This document shows, piece after piece, positions 1-12,814 of a DNA stretch of 64,000 nucleotides. The DNA lies in assembly GCA_030295235.1 (NCBI GenBank), contig AP026128.1, positions 558,001 to 622,000 of the forward strand, written 5' to 3'. The stretch is from Fistulifera solaris. Taxonomy: Eukaryota. The notes beneath the pieces were generated by a model. It did not search any database. It saw only the letters and a program-made list of their open reading frames with translations, and was not told where the DNA came from. Each line of letters starts with the position of its first letter. The first letter of the stretch is position 1. The translations under genes were made by a program, and so were the position numbers.

Positions 1-1108
1 AATATTGTCGTACATGGGTTTCTTCATTGCCATAAAAGGTATCAACCGTTTGCGCCGTTGTTCTTTCCAGCAAGTCTCTATCTATTTGTGAGCCTATCGC
101 GTTTTTCTCCGAGGAACTAGGTTGCCGCTTTTGGTCGGTGCGAAAGAGAGCTTTTCGAAGTACACTTTGTCGTATCCTTTTCCTTGATTTCTTGTCAGTT
201 GTGTTGATGATTCGATCATAGAAATAAATCATGAGGGAAACGCCCATCACCAAGCAGGATGACAGAATCAACGTCCTCGTTGGTTGCGACGCCATTCTCT
301 TCAACAACTTATGCAATTTGTTTTATTTTGTGATAGCCTGGCATTTCCAAGGATTTTCTTTACCAGTACTAAAAAAAAGCAGTAAGGGCATGAATCTAAA
401 TGGTAAACCCGGTAAGGGCATCAAAACAAAGCAAGGCCCGTATTGTCGTGCTGCATTTTTGTTTTCATTCTTTATTTTTGTGGTGGGAGGTTGAAAGTAT
501 TTGCTCTCTGACGTCCTACCGGTACCAATGATTAAACTTAAAACGCACTTGGTACTGACACAAGTTAGTTGGAGACAAAAACTGTATGACTGTTTGACGG
601 GGGCTATAGATAACAAATCGGCTGAAATGCTAAATAATTCTGAACGGAAACACGAGAAACATTTTGCCTCTAAATGAGACGTCCATGGGTTAACGTCTCC
701 GTTAAAAGAGAACAGGATCTTGTTCCACCTGGTTGGAGTTCCCACATCACCGTAGACCGTAGATTGGTCTACGTAGGTGAAACGCAAAGGACACTAAAGC
801 CTATAAGATGGATCCATAAATCTGATGGATGAACTGATACTACGTAGCTGTAGTACAAAAGGAAATGCTGTCATAATTGCCCCATTACATAGCGAGACAT
901 TGCACGGTTTTCCTGAATCAGGTTTCTACTTTACAAATGAGTCTTAGCCATCATCATTCGTGGTTGCAGTGAAGGAGTAGGGAGTAGCGTTGTAAACTTT
1001 AGACTCCGCCTCGATGGAAAGGACGGATCCAAACGGGCGCATCTCATTTTTATTGGACTTCGACTTTCGACGAAAGAACATGTTGTCATTCATCATCATC
1101 TTTCATCT

Positions 1109-1666
1109 TTGACCATGACGACCGATGAAAACGCTTCATTTTCCATTCTGGAGTGCATTACTCCAAACACAAAGAAGCGGACCGTGGAGCACTTCGATTC
1201 TAGCGTTGACTTGCATTCCAGCAGTGAGCTTCGTTGGCTCGATTCCTCATCCTTCTCGGCAACTCTGTCGAGACGAAATTCCATCGCCACCGATGAACCG
1301 CCTCGTCTGCCAACGCGAGGAACGGATACCTACGAGCCTTTAACACCAGGAAAGACTTTCACAAGAGTACCTCTACCAAGCCCCTCTGAAGTACCCGTTC
1401 GGTTCGTGTCGGTGTTACCCCAACACCAGCGAAACGTATCGCAATTGTCAGTGCCCTCGCTGAACACCATTGATGCTGATATGGCAGTATCTGAGAATGA
1501 GTCGGTCACTGCTCTACACACAAGATTATGCTCGAATTCTTCTCTTCCATTTTTGGGCAATCTCATTTTGGACACCGATGAGCTGACTTACTCCGACGTT
1601 GACGAAAAATCATTCGTCTCCGGCTCTTTGTTATGTCAGCTTGAATTGGAAAACGGACTCAGCTGA
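1109..1666 (+). CDS. hypothetical low-complexity Ser/Thr/Pro-rich protein
   Basis: 185-aa uninterrupted ORF, convergent with the next gene; no recognisable motif. Confidence 0.4.
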   Translation: MTMTTDENASFSILECITPNTKKRTVEHFDSSVDLHSSSELRWLDSSSFSATLSRRNSIATDEPPRLPTRGTDTYEPLTPGKTFTRVPLPSPSEVPVRFVSVLPQHQRNVSQLSVPSLNTIDADMAVSENESVTALHTRLCSNSSLPFLGNLILDTDELTYSDVDEKSFVSGSLLCQLELENGLS

Positions 1667-1806
1667 ACACTGCCTCTTTTTAATAAACTATTATTTAACT
1701 TGTTCTGTTATTGTCTATTCACCACAAGAGTACGCATACGCATGTATTTTCCATAACCGTACCAAAGCGAACAGCGTCCTCTACCACAAATATCGACAAT
1801 TACGTT

Positions 1807-2792
1807 TTACACAGTCTCGCCACCAACTATCTTGTGCTCGTAGCGAGCTGTGCCATCCAGATCCCCTTCGAACTCTTTCATCAAGGATTCCATGTTCATA
1901 CCTTCCTTTTGAACGCGAACGCTGAAGTAAAGCGCTGGTAACATGCTAATGAATCAAAAGAAGAGATATTGTGAGACAACTGCCAGGCAATAAACATCAC
2001 AACCGATCTCGACACTTACATGCTGAGCAAGGGCAGACTAATAAGAGACAGAAGGCCACTGAGTATAATCGCCACGATGGAGGCCCCAAAGATTGCTCGA
2101 ACAACTCCTTCAAAGATTAGGGATGCGATCCAAATTATCACGTTCAACAAAAACACGGAGCAGAAGATGTAGCAGCGGTAGCCAGGAACCAGGTCGAAAG
2201 ATCGTGTAAAGGCACCAATTGGTGACTGGTTCTCAACCACCAAGATTGGCAATGCAATCATGAGACTGATGATGACATAGAGAGCGATTGCAAACGCCGT
2301 AACACCGATGAGGACAGCCAAGACATAGTTTTCGTTGACGTAAAGCATAATAACAGGAACGGCAACCACGGCAAAGAAAATGGAGAGTAGCAGTAAGTAA
2401 AGCATACCGAAACAGAATAAAGCACAGAAGCGATCCATGGCCACTGCCCAGCTTCTTTTAAATGCCGGCTCTCTTTGCATGTAGATTTCGGATACCACGT
2501 GAATAATCGCGGCCTGAATAAAAACAGTAATCAATGAAGAAACAACTATTTCCAATTGCAGAGCAATGGCTTTCTGTGGGGATGAGTACTGAGTGACTTC
2601 TTCGTACATCATCTCAGAATCTTCCTCCTCGGGCAACGGTTTGCCGATGGTAACGGCAAGGATGATCTTAGGAATGGTAGCTATCAAAGCCAATTGCGTA
2701 AACAAGAGCAAGTGGCCCCCGTAGATATTGAAAACTCGTTGAATCAAGTCGAACGGGGACAAGTATGTGAAGAAATCGTTTCCTGCTGCCAT
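1807..2792 (-). CDS. multi-pass membrane protein, paralog 1 of 6 (YciC/UPF0259- or GDPD-membrane-domain-like, tentative)
   Basis: ATG at 2792; about 6 hydrophobic segments; family motifs FFTYLSP, IQAAIIHVVSEIY, LPILVVENQSP..AF.RSF.L; intron 2019-1946 (GTAAG..TAG); exon 2 LYFSVRVQKEG to TAA at 1807. Confidence 0.8.
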
Positions 2793-3798
2793 GTTAATGT
2801 TAAGAAGAGGGTATGGAGGCTGAGAAAAGATACTTGTAAATAATGATGAGCGATACTTCACACTTCACGCTGATTGAAATGTATGACCTTGCTGCCGATA
2901 GCAGTTCACACTGCTTTATGAAACGATGGCGATCTGGCGATCTGGCGATCAATGCTTCTTATTTCGCTGTATGTATTCGTTCGGAAGAAGTCGAGTTCAT
3001 TCGGAAGCAATAATAACGAAAAAGCCCGCATTGAAAATTCGTTGTTTTTTCTGTAAACGTGACTTACAGCTCTCGGGACTCGGAAATGTTTTTCAATAGA
3101 ATCTACGATCCCAAATTTTGTCATCCAATGATCTACTCCGCAGTCTTAGGTTACGGAAAGTGACAATACAGACTATCATGGAAGCATTTGCCGCCGCGAG
3201 AATTTATCGGGTACTCTACTACTCGTCTCCCTATTCAGCATGGTTAGCAACGCCATGAGTGCGTTTACACCACCATCCCCTTACATACGAAAAGCGCCAA
3301 TAGACAGAAGATTGATACAGGCGAGTTCTTTCTGTCCGCTTATGGCCGATGAACTACTTATTCAATCAATCAAAAGCAGCCACATTACCGTCAGCAGTGG
3401 ACGTGCCAATTCGTATTACGCAACCTCGTTACCGTCTACCATATTATGATAGTTTGCTGCCCCATCGCTGTTTAACATTTCTAACTCTCTCACAAAAGTT
3501 TCCCTGTTCAAGCCTTCTTTTGACAGCGCATCATCACGCGTCCTCTAGCACCACCGAGCTCATTACTCGTTACTCAATTTTTTATAAAAAAAAATAGTGG
3601 GACCCGTGTGCTCAGGAACTAGGGATGGAAACCTAGAGTTACGATTTACGATGCATCACTTTTCATTACGGAGCACATGCGTATCGGCGACCTATCAATT
3701 TATAATACCATATCTTTCACAACAAGTGCCGCGGTCTTTGAAGCTTGGAGTGTTTTCGCAAAGTGCTCATGAACTACTAGAGGTACGGAAAAAGTCGC

Positions 3799-4840
3799 TT
3801 AAGACGAGACGACTGGCACCATTCCCAGGCAAGTTTCCAGCTCACCATTGTCTTCCGCGATCCTACTATTGAAAGGATCGTCTCTTTTGAGTTCTTCGGT
3901 CAAGGCTTCCATGGTCAAACCTTCCGCTTTGACGCGGGCACTAAAATAGAGCACTGCGAGAAGACTGCAAGTAAGAAGGAGATAGGTGTGAGAGCGGAAA
4001 ATGACGGGATGAAGTAGTCTTTGTCACAGTCATTACGTACATGGTTCGTAAAGGAAGAAAAAGAACGCCGACAAGACCCTTGAGTGCAATGGTGAATGCC
4101 GCAGTGCCAAAGAACTCGTCCAAAAGTCGTCTGTACATCCAGTTTCCAGCAAGTAGCGGAACAAGGAGCAACATCATTGAAAATAGCAAATAGCAACCGT
4201 GGCCACAAATAAGGGCATTCGCTTTCTTGGCCAATTCAGGGCCTCTGTGCCTCTCCACAATCATAATCGGTAAGTTTACCGTCGCCCAAAACACAAAATA
4301 AGCAGCAAAGCAAGCACAAATCGCCATAAGAACAATTAATGACCAGTGTGTGGGATTGAAGACGATTAAAGCAGTCATCACGAGTTCAACCATGAAGCAG
4401 CAATATGTGAATGTGTAAAACCACAGGTAACAGTGCACGGTATGAAATCGATCCCAAAGCACACGCAAGCTTCCTTGTAGTGTAGATTTTGTTTGCGTGT
4501 AGTATTCGGCAACTACTTGAATCATGATGGCTTGCATGATGGTGTTGAACACACAAAAAGCGGCGAGTTCGATGAACAAGAAGGCGACCGAATCCGTGAA
4601 CGGGTCTCCGAAAACGACGGCCAGGTCGGGCAATATGTTCTTTTCATCCATGTTCGTCGCCGACTTCAAATAAACAGTTAAAGCAATTTGAGGAAGGATC
4701 GCAAAGAGTGCTAGTTGAGTGAACAAAAGCCAGCGGTTTCGGTAAATGTGAAACGTTCGGTCCAGCGCTTGGCAAGGAGACAGGAACGTAAACAAGTCGT
4801 CTTCTGCTTTCATGGTTGTAGCGGCAGAAATAATCGACAT
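3799..4840 (-). CDS. multi-pass membrane protein, paralog 2 of 6
   Basis: LFTFLSP..ALDRTFHIY..RWLLFTQLAL, QAIMIQVVAEYY; intron 4040-3965 (GTACG..CAG) at the same position; exon 2 LYFSARVKAEGL to TAA at 3799. Confidence 0.8.
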
Positions 4841-5261
4841 TATTGTGAAGTATAGAATGACCACCGATGCTTCTTGACAAAGGAAGAGTTTACGATTACA
4901 TTCAAATCTTAATAATTCATCATGGTCGCGTCGTCTTTGACCGCAGGCGATTTCGACAAGGCGCAGTTTCACAAACACTCGGAAGCTGCTTTTTCATTCG
5001 GCAAAAAGATACGTGAAAATGATGCAGACCAGGAAATAAATAGATGACTTTTTCTACTTAAGTCCATAAAATATCTTCGCATCGGACCGTGACCAAAAGG
5101 ATCCCTACGGGCGAGAAACCCCAACCTTCGTCGGCTGCTTAACTTTATGTGATGGCCGCGCGCACAAATAACGACGACGGCGCTCTGGCTGCTAGAGAGT
5201 TGCATTGCGATTGTTACTATTGTTCGTTGTTTGGAAGATTGCCAGTTTATTCTGTAGAATA

Positions 5262-6506
5262 ATGGCACCCAACGACGATGCACCCAAGGGGAAACCCAAA
5301 CGACGCAAGCGAGGCGGAGGACGGAATTGGGAGCGCAAAAAGTTGGGGGGACCGAAAGGACCTCCTCCGACACCTCAATTGAAAGTGACGATCCGGAACA
5401 TTCACAATGCTGATCTTAATGGTACCGTCCAACATGTCGGCGATCGGATTCTGCGCAAACTCGTTCAACTTGCCGGTGATAAATTGAATACGCCAGATCG
5501 TATTGTGTTACAATGGGATGAAGCTGGATTTCGTGCCCTGGCAGAGGCCGATGAGGCTGCTCGAAAGCTTCGGGAGGAATGGAAATCAAAGCAAGAGTCT
5601 GATGGAAAGAACATTGACACGAAAGAGACAAGTAAGGAAGGAGAGGTAGCGGATACAATTGAAACTACTCACTCGAATGACGAGTCGTCGGACCTACCAT
5701 CGGCAGTTGTCGAGGGTATGGAGCACTTAACGATTGACAATCCTCCTCAAGATGAACCAACTATCCACGTGCGGGCTCTGTATGTTTTGCCGCCTAAAAA
5801 GACGAAGCGACGAGGAGAAAAGACGGGTTGTGCCTACTTGGTATTGACGGCACCGCCCATTGCCGCTCGTGAACTTGATCCAGATGCCGCCTCGACGCGA
5901 TCCGGAAAGTCGGCGTCCGATCAGGCGCCAGCACCCATAGATTACTCGCAAGATGTAGCGAAGCGTCGACTGATGATTCAGCGTACTTTGGAGGCACTTA
6001 TCAAAACGGCAGAAGAAGACGCCAAAACGAAACAGGAATTCAGTGAATGCGTCGTTCTGGAGTCGCTGAGCGGGAAAACGTGGAAACCGCGCACCGACAC
6101 TATACGCCGTGATCGTATGGAAGGGACGATTGAAGAAACAGCGGATTATAAGGCGTTCTTCGAGAAATCGGAACAGGAGAAAGAAGAACGGAAAGCTCGT
6201 CCTAAACCGGCACCGGGTGGTGGTGTGTCCTCCGTTATGACGTCGGCGTCGAGTAGCATCAATAACGGAGGTCAGCCGATCGCGGCAATCGTTTTGCACC
6301 TGCGAAAGAAACAAGAGGAGGAAAAGAAGCGCAAGCAGGGGAAAAGTAAGCCGAAAGAAGGAAATGGAAACAAAGGACTGCCTAATCAAACAGATACAAA
6401 AGCAGGCGCCAAGAAAGTCAGAGGAGGAAAGAATAAGAGAAATAAGAAAACTTCTTCCAATGGGACTTCGAAACCATCAGCAGGCGTCAAACCGGGAAGC
6501 GGATAG
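5262..6506 (+). CDS. UPF3: UPF3/Smg-4-like nonsense-mediated decay factor
   Basis: LKVTIRNI and GCAYL RRM-like strands; DRMEGTIEETADYKAFFE resembles the UPF3 D.R.GTIE...DY..F.E motif; Lys-rich tail. Confidence 0.6.
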   Translation: MAPNDDAPKGKPKRRKRGGGRNWERKKLGGPKGPPPTPQLKVTIRNIHNADLNGTVQHVGDRILRKLVQLAGDKLNTPDRIVLQWDEAGFRALAEADEAARKLREEWKSKQESDGKNIDTKETSKEGEVADTIETTHSNDESSDLPSAVVEGMEHLTIDNPPQDEPTIHVRALYVLPPKKTKRRGEKTGCAYLVLTAPPIAARELDPDAASTRSGKSASDQAPAPIDYSQDVAKRRLMIQRTLEALIKTAEEDAKTKQEFSECVVLESLSGKTWKPRTDTIRRDRMEGTIEETADYKAFFEKSEQEKEERKARPKPAPGGGVSSVMTSASSSINNGGQPIAAIVLHLRKKQEEEKKRKQGKSKPKEGNGNKGLPNQTDTKAGAKKVRGGKNKRNKKTSSNGTSKPSAGVKPGSG

Positions 6507-6763
6507 GAACGCCGTACATTGTTTTTGTTGTTATTTCGCTCTCTGTAGCTCTCAGGAGCTCTTTATGAGGAAGGTCTGTGCATTGCAGGTTGCACTCTGT
6601 GTATCAAACATCACTTGATGATTGAAGGGACGGCCGTCTTCTGTTGGGCCTTACTATTTAAGGTGATGAAGGGATCGGACGTCGACTAGCGCTGTTGCGT
6701 TTACCACCAAGGTTGTAGTTGTCGGTGGACTGAGTGATTAAACATGAAAGGCGTAATCTATGC

Positions 6764-7671
6764 TTAAGATTGATAAAGCTTTGACTGTCTGATAATGTTG
6801 TTAAGCTCTCTTTTGTCGTGTTCTCCGTTCGACAAATGTTCTTCTTCTTTGAGATCGTTACCGGCTCGTGTGCCTTCTTTGCCGCTCATTTTGCGTTCCA
6901 CCTTTTTCAAGATTTTGTAAAACCAATAGAAGTTGAGTACATGAAACACCAGACCAATGGTGAACGAAAACCATATCATAGAAGGTGGGAAACAATTTGA
7001 ATAGGTTTCATTGTTCCTTTCGGCCCACATGGAGGACACCAGCAAGAACCATAGACACGGAAAGAGGAGGATGCGGAACAGAAAAAGGTAATCACAAACA
7101 TGCCCATGTTCGCGATCGAAATAGCATCAGGAAATATTTCCGCCCGCACCATCGTCAAGAAAATTGTGGAGACTTCCACCGTCAGCGTTGCCCCCAGAAG
7201 ATGAGGAGAATCGTAATAGCAAAAATACAACATGACCAAACCGGTGGCTCCACCGTGTAAAACAAAATCGAAACTGAGATTGAATCCATCCGCCAAGTCG
7301 AATAAGGAATATCCGAGCGTAACCGCTGGTAGGATGCGGTGCAGGCTGGTCATAGGACCCTGACATTGCATCGATCGAAGCGGTTCGGCGGTCCCCGTCA
7401 AGGAGGCGCTTTCCCAGTCGAGATAGATGCAAGCCAAACTACCAAGACCGCTTACGAGCGCATGCAGTAAAGCGTACCAGTCGATACCGCCCTTTTTATG
7501 GCAAATCGAGCGGACGACAAACAAGGCACCGACAGTCGTGATGGCAATGTCGCGGTATTTCCATGTCCAGGCTCCGGCGTCATCCAGTATCTGACAGAAA
7601 CGCAATATTTGTTGCGTCAACGGTGATAATGCTCGACTACCATTACGTAGCAAGTCTTCCGCTTTGATCAT
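6764..7671 (-). CDS. TLC (TRAM/LAG1/CLN8) domain membrane protein; frameshift near 7080
   Basis: ALLHA, GYSLFDL, FVLHG, EVSTIFL and HVLNFYWFYKILKK match the TLC signature; split over two ORFs. Confidence 0.75.
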
Positions 7672-8082
7672 CGTGTTTGTATACAATGTTCTTGCACTGT
7701 CTGTTCGAAAGGGTATCGTCTTTATGATATCTATGATGTGAATGCGAGAGACGAGGTTTCGGTGAAAACGAATCTTCGCATGCTTCAAAAGTTTCAAAGC
7801 GCTTATGCGGACGTCCTTCAGCTTGCTCTGCGACATGGCGTAAAAATTGTTAAATAATACTCCGTAGTACAGTTAGAATTAGAAATTCAGTGTCGCGAGA
7901 GATCCACATTTGTTGCCATACTGCAATTAACTCGTGTTTTCGCGCCCTTTTCGATGACTATTATGCTTATGATTGATTTGCTTCCGGATGAACTAATTCG
8001 TGCATGATGATAATGAGATCCTTTTGAAGTTCATGTCATTATATATAACCGCAAGGGTGCCGATCCTTACATACTTTTGAAC

Positions 8083-9032
8083 ATGACAGCGCCAGAAAAC
8101 TTATTTACGTTCCTCTCTATAGGGGGAAGCTATAAGCAGGACGTTCAGCATTTACTCGAGTCGCTGGCAACTATTCTCGCAACTTGCTCTCGTTCTGGTC
8201 GTTCCTCAAATCATACTATCTATCATCTTGCGAAAAACGCTCCTCACAGAAAGTGATGATTCAATGGATTTCGATCATCTACGAGTTTACGGGATAGGAT
8301 TCGCTTTTGCCTACTCATTTGGCACCGTGATTCAAGCCGCTGTCGTCCACGTGGTTGCTGAATACTACACGCAGTCGCCCTCAACCTTTCAAGGCAGCTT
8401 GGCTGTTGCATTCGATCAATTCTTTAGTCTTTTCGGCTACAGTCTACTGTATGCAGCGGCGTTGTTTATTTCGTTTGTGGTAACGCTTAGCTTATTCTTC
8501 ATGATCCTGGTGCAAAATCGAGGAGTGCAGCTGTTTGGAGCACTTCTTACTGCCGCAAGTGTGGCACTCAGTGTCTACGTCATGTGCTCCTTAACGCTAG
8601 CATTACCAGTTCTGGTGGTTGAGAAGCAATCACCATTTCGTGCAATTATCCGAGCTTTCGAACTGTTCCCAACTTATGGCATTTTTTTTCTTTTGTGTCA
8701 TATTTCCGCTGGCTGTCGTACTACTTCCGGTCCTTATGACGATGTCGGCAACTTTTAAAGATACTACTTTGGTGGCGGTGTGCAAAAGTCTTCCGGTAAT
8801 TGTTACATTACCTTTGCAAACCATGTAAGCATTCTGATCTTTCAGGTGCACTATCTTGAGCCCTTTACTCACTCCTAGTGTTTTCAGTTTTTTCACCGTC
8901 CTGTATCTCAGTATTCGCGTTCAGAAAGATGGTTTGAATATGGAGATGTTGATGAATCAGTTAAATGGGGGTGGTGGCGACGCTCAAAGCTACGCCTACG
9001 ATACATTGATAATAACGGAAGCAAGTCCGTGA
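8083..9032 (+). CDS. multi-pass membrane protein, paralog 3 of 6; two homopolymer frameshifts (about 8122-8126 and 8682-8694)
   Basis: MTAPENLFTFLS, QAAVVHVVAEYY, LPVLVVEKQSP; intron 8825-8887; exon 2 LYLSIRVQKDGLN to TGA at 9032. Confidence 0.7.
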
Positions 9033-9489
9033 GCCGGTGTAGCTAACTTTAGCCTCTTTGTGGTCGTGATAAGAACAAGAATGTGGTATTGCGTTGTTTT
9101 TGGTGCTTTAAAAGCTTTACGGTACCAGGTACCGTACGTAGACCTAGCTGTATAGAGAGGATCGATGTTCTTCATTATTCTTGACGATACCAGGTAGCAA
9201 GTTGCGCCGCCGGGCGTGCTGTTGGACGAGCGGACTATAGTGACGCACACTGTAGCTAAGTTGAGTCCAACTTACATAAGTACGTACCAGGTAGTAATAT
9301 CTTCAGCGTACTACGTATCTTTTGGAGCACGGAGGGAGTTTTTGGCAGTACTGAAACCACGTGCATTTGTACAGCAGTCAATTTCGAGCTTCCGAGTTCG
9401 TTATCACGACATTATTTCTTTTTTTTTTTCTTATTTCCCCCCGTCGTTTGCCCATTGTTTCACTCATTCGAACCATCCTCATCTTCACC

Positions 9490-10553
9490 ATGGCATCGAC
9501 AGACAACTTGTTTACCTTCCTCTCTGTAGGAAATGCTGTAGATCGAACTTTCAGCATTTACATGAGCCGCTGGGTTTTGTTCAGCCAATTGGCGCTGGTG
9601 ATTGTTCTTCCGCAAATCGTTTTGAATATCATTCTACTAAAGACTCTGCTGGTCGAAGAAACAGCACCAGTTCCCGAAGATTTTGGAGCTCTCACAGATG
9701 ATACTTTGGGGACACTCACGGATGATGCGGCTATACCGTTTCCAAGTACATTGCCGACCCTGTCGCCGCAGCTAGGTCTTGCTTTAGCGATCCAAGTTCC
9801 GTTCTCTTTCTTGTTCGGTATTCTCATTCAAGCCGCAATCGTTCAAGTTGTCGCAGAGTATTACACAAACAAGCTTTCCACGTTCAGAGGAAGTTTGGTT
9901 CTGGCCGTTGATCGGTTCTGTGCTATATTCGGCTACGGTCTCCTTGGCACAGCTGGGTTCTTTCTGTTCTGCCTCGTGGTCGGTGTTCTACTTGGTATTC
10001 TCACTGCGTTCCAAGCTCCGCAATTCTTCTTCATACTTATCGCTCTCGCAGCTTTTGTATTCCTTATTTACGTGATGCTTTCTTTGACGATTGTATTGCC
10101 AATCTTGGTGATAGAGAAACAAACGCCAGTAGGCGCCATCAAACGATCTTTTGAACTTCTTCCTACCTATCGGTGCCACGTCTTTTGTTCCATGTTCTTA
10201 CTTGCTATTGTGGTTATTTTTGGAACGTGGGTGTACCAAGCTATGATCGGGGCCATGTTGGGGACTTCTATCTTGAGTTTCGTGGTCAGCGGTCTATCGG
10301 CTGTTGTCACTTTGCCCTTGCAGACGATGTAAGTGAACGTTTCTTTCCCCGCTGCTTTTTTCCTTGTGGCACAACTCACGCCTATGATTCGTGTCGTCAC
10401 TCTAGAATTGCTGCTGTTCTCTATTTCTGTGTCCGTGTCCAAAAAGAAGGTTTGAACCTTGAAACATTAGTGAAGGAGTTGGAAATGAGTAGTGATGGGG
10501 CTGTGAACTACAAGAATGTGTTGCTGGCGGAAGCCGACGAAGAGGTCGTGTGA
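9490..10553 (+). CDS. multi-pass membrane protein, paralog 4 of 6
   Basis: MASTDNLFTFLSVGNAVDRTFSIY; intron 10329-10405; exon 2 LYFCVRVQKEGLN. Confidence 0.85.
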
Positions 10554-11048
10554 AACTAGCACGAGTGAAGTGCGAGCTAACGATAACATAAGTTTCGTCG
10601 TTGTAGTTGACCTTAGCTAGAAAGACGTATAGCATATCGTCCATGAGACTGAACGCATAACATGCAGCGTTCTTTGTCGACCGCTGAAAGAATAAGGGCA
10701 ACATTAGACCGAAGTCAATGTTATGGCTCGTCGAGTAAGCTATCTAATGTAAAAAGTACTAAGGTATTTTGCTCGTCATGTTCACGCAAGAACAAAGTTA
10801 GTTTTCGTTTCTAAGCAGCGTTTTTGGCCGGAACCTTGAACCAGCTTGAACAGTACAGTACAAAAATCTACGCGTATTTCTACGTCGTACATACCGCAGT
10901 CAACACTCTTGTTCATTCGTGAGTTGCGACAGCTTCCGAGTGCTATCTACAATGAAAAATATCTCTTTGCAGGTTGCAGTGATGAATGAGCTCACAATTA
11001 TTTTCTGGCAACAAAATTGGGCCACAATCAAGCATTACACTTCATAAG

Positions 11049-12059
11049 ATGGCTACGACGGGGAACCTCTTTACATTCCTCTCTGCGGGCAACGCTGTCG
11101 ACAGGGCGTTTAGTATCTACTTGAACCGCTGGAAGTTGTTTACTCAACTGGCGCTCGTTGTGGTCATTCCTCAAATCTTGCTAAAGATCACCTTGCAAAA
11201 GACTTTGATCATGGACGATTCTGGAGCTTTCGCTGAGAACGCGGAAGCCACATTCCAGACGATGTCGCCGAAACAAGTCGCCATGCTAGGAATCGAAATC
11301 GCCTTTTCTTTCTTGTTTGGCATTATCGTTCGAGCGGCCATCTTTCAAGTGGTCGCGGAATATTACTCACAAAAGCTATCCACATTCAAAGGAAGCTTAG
11401 TCCTCGCTTTCAATCGGTCCTGCGCTATTTTCGGTTTCGGTCTGTTATATTCAGCAGCGGTTCTTGTCTTCGGTATGGCGTTTGCTTCGCTTATCTGGTT
11501 GCTCATTCTTTACAAAGGGCCTGATTTTCTTGGGACGCTACTTTGTGTGTCAGCCGCTGCCTTTGTTGTTTACGTCATGCTTTCTCTCACGATTGTGCTA
11601 CCGATCTTGGTCATTGAGAAAGAGTCTCCCATTGGCGCGGTCAGACGATGCTTTGAGCTCCTTCCGACCTACCGCTGCTACGTGTTTTGTTCCATGCTTC
11701 TGCTTGGAGTCGTAGTAATCTTTACATCAACGCTCTACCAAGCCTTGGTGGGAGCAATATTCGGTGTCTCCATGTTGACGACTGTGTTTGGTGGTCTTTC
11801 AGCGGTGGTCACTTTGCCTTTGCAGACAATGTAAGTCGTGAACGCGGCCGTCCGCAGACTCATTAAACTCATTATTCGAGGCCTTTCCTCACCGATCGAA
11901 ATACCTTTCAGCATTTCTGCCGTCCTTTATTTCAGTGTCCGTGTCCAGAAAGAGGGTTTGAACATGGAAACGTTGATAAATGAGCTAGAAGTCAGTTCTG
12001 GTTGCCCCGGAATTTACAAAAATGTGCTGCTGGCGGAAATTGATGGTGAAGTTGTCTAA
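11049..12059 (+). CDS. multi-pass membrane protein, paralog 5 of 6
   Basis: MATTGNLFTFLSAGNAVDRAFSIY; intron 11831-11911; exon 2 LYFSVRVQKEGLN; appears closest to paralog 4. Confidence 0.85.
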
Positions 12060-12424
12060 ATGGACGCGCGTTCATCCATAGCCTCAAAGATCTTGTTGAA
12101 TGATAGTGGTTGGTGCTACCGGTCCCTGTAGCAAAAACTTGATAATGATAAAGCATTCAGATTTTCTACAAGTCGTTTCAATCCAGTATATCTTCGAAGA
12201 GCAGGACAGCGAAGAATATTGAATTCGGCTGGTTGCCGAATCTTTCTGTCCTAAGCGATTAGACTATTAGCGGTGGGCACCATATGCCATTGCTGTTGCC
12301 ATTTCGTCGGCATTGAATGGTAAGCTACGAGTAGCCATGTCTTCTTTTTAAAAAAGAATAATGGAAAGCATCATCACGAAGTATGCTGAAAAAAGAAAAT
12401 GCGGGTGTTTCACGATTACCTGCG

Positions 12425-12702
12425 GTATTTTTCACTTACCCAGAAAATGTGGGCGGTGTTATTTGCACGTACCCAGAAAATGTGGGGGGGGGGGGTGTTG
12501 TTTGCACGTACCCAGAAAATGTGGGCGAGTGTTATTTGCACGTACCGAGAAAAAGTGGGCGTGTGTTGTTTGCACCTACCCAGAAAAAGTGGGAGTGTGG
12601 TGTATTTGCACGTACCCAGAATTAATGGGGGTATTTGCACGTGTCCAGAAAAAGTGGGTGAGTGGTAATCTCACGTATCCGGAAAAAGTGGGCGTGTGGT
12701 AA
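12425..12702. repeat. minisatellite, 8 units of 29-39 bp (consensus TATTTGCACGTACCCAGAAAAWGTGGGCGNGTGT)
   Basis: CAC core at 12433, 12466, 12505, 12539, 12573, 12609, 12638, 12672. Confidence 0.95.
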
Positions 12703-12814
12703 GTTGTTCACCATTGCTTTTACTTTACCAGTGTACTTACGCAGCACACAGGGGAAAGCCGCAATAATTATTTAGACTACCAGTAGAGGGTCTCTAAGTC
12801 TAATTCGATCAACA

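Noticed and set aside
231..787. ORFs 231-494 and 323-787
   Set aside because: No recognisable motifs, AT-rich intergenic-like composition, overlapping on opposite strands.
12361..12702. Four short ORFs over the minisatellite (e.g. CCLHVPRKCG repeats)
   Set aside because: Open in several frames simply because the repeat lacks stops; no independent coding signal.
12258..12804. Possible terminal inverted repeats (ATTAGACT / AGTCTAAT) enclosing the minisatellite
   Set aside because: Only 8 bp match and no target-site duplication found.
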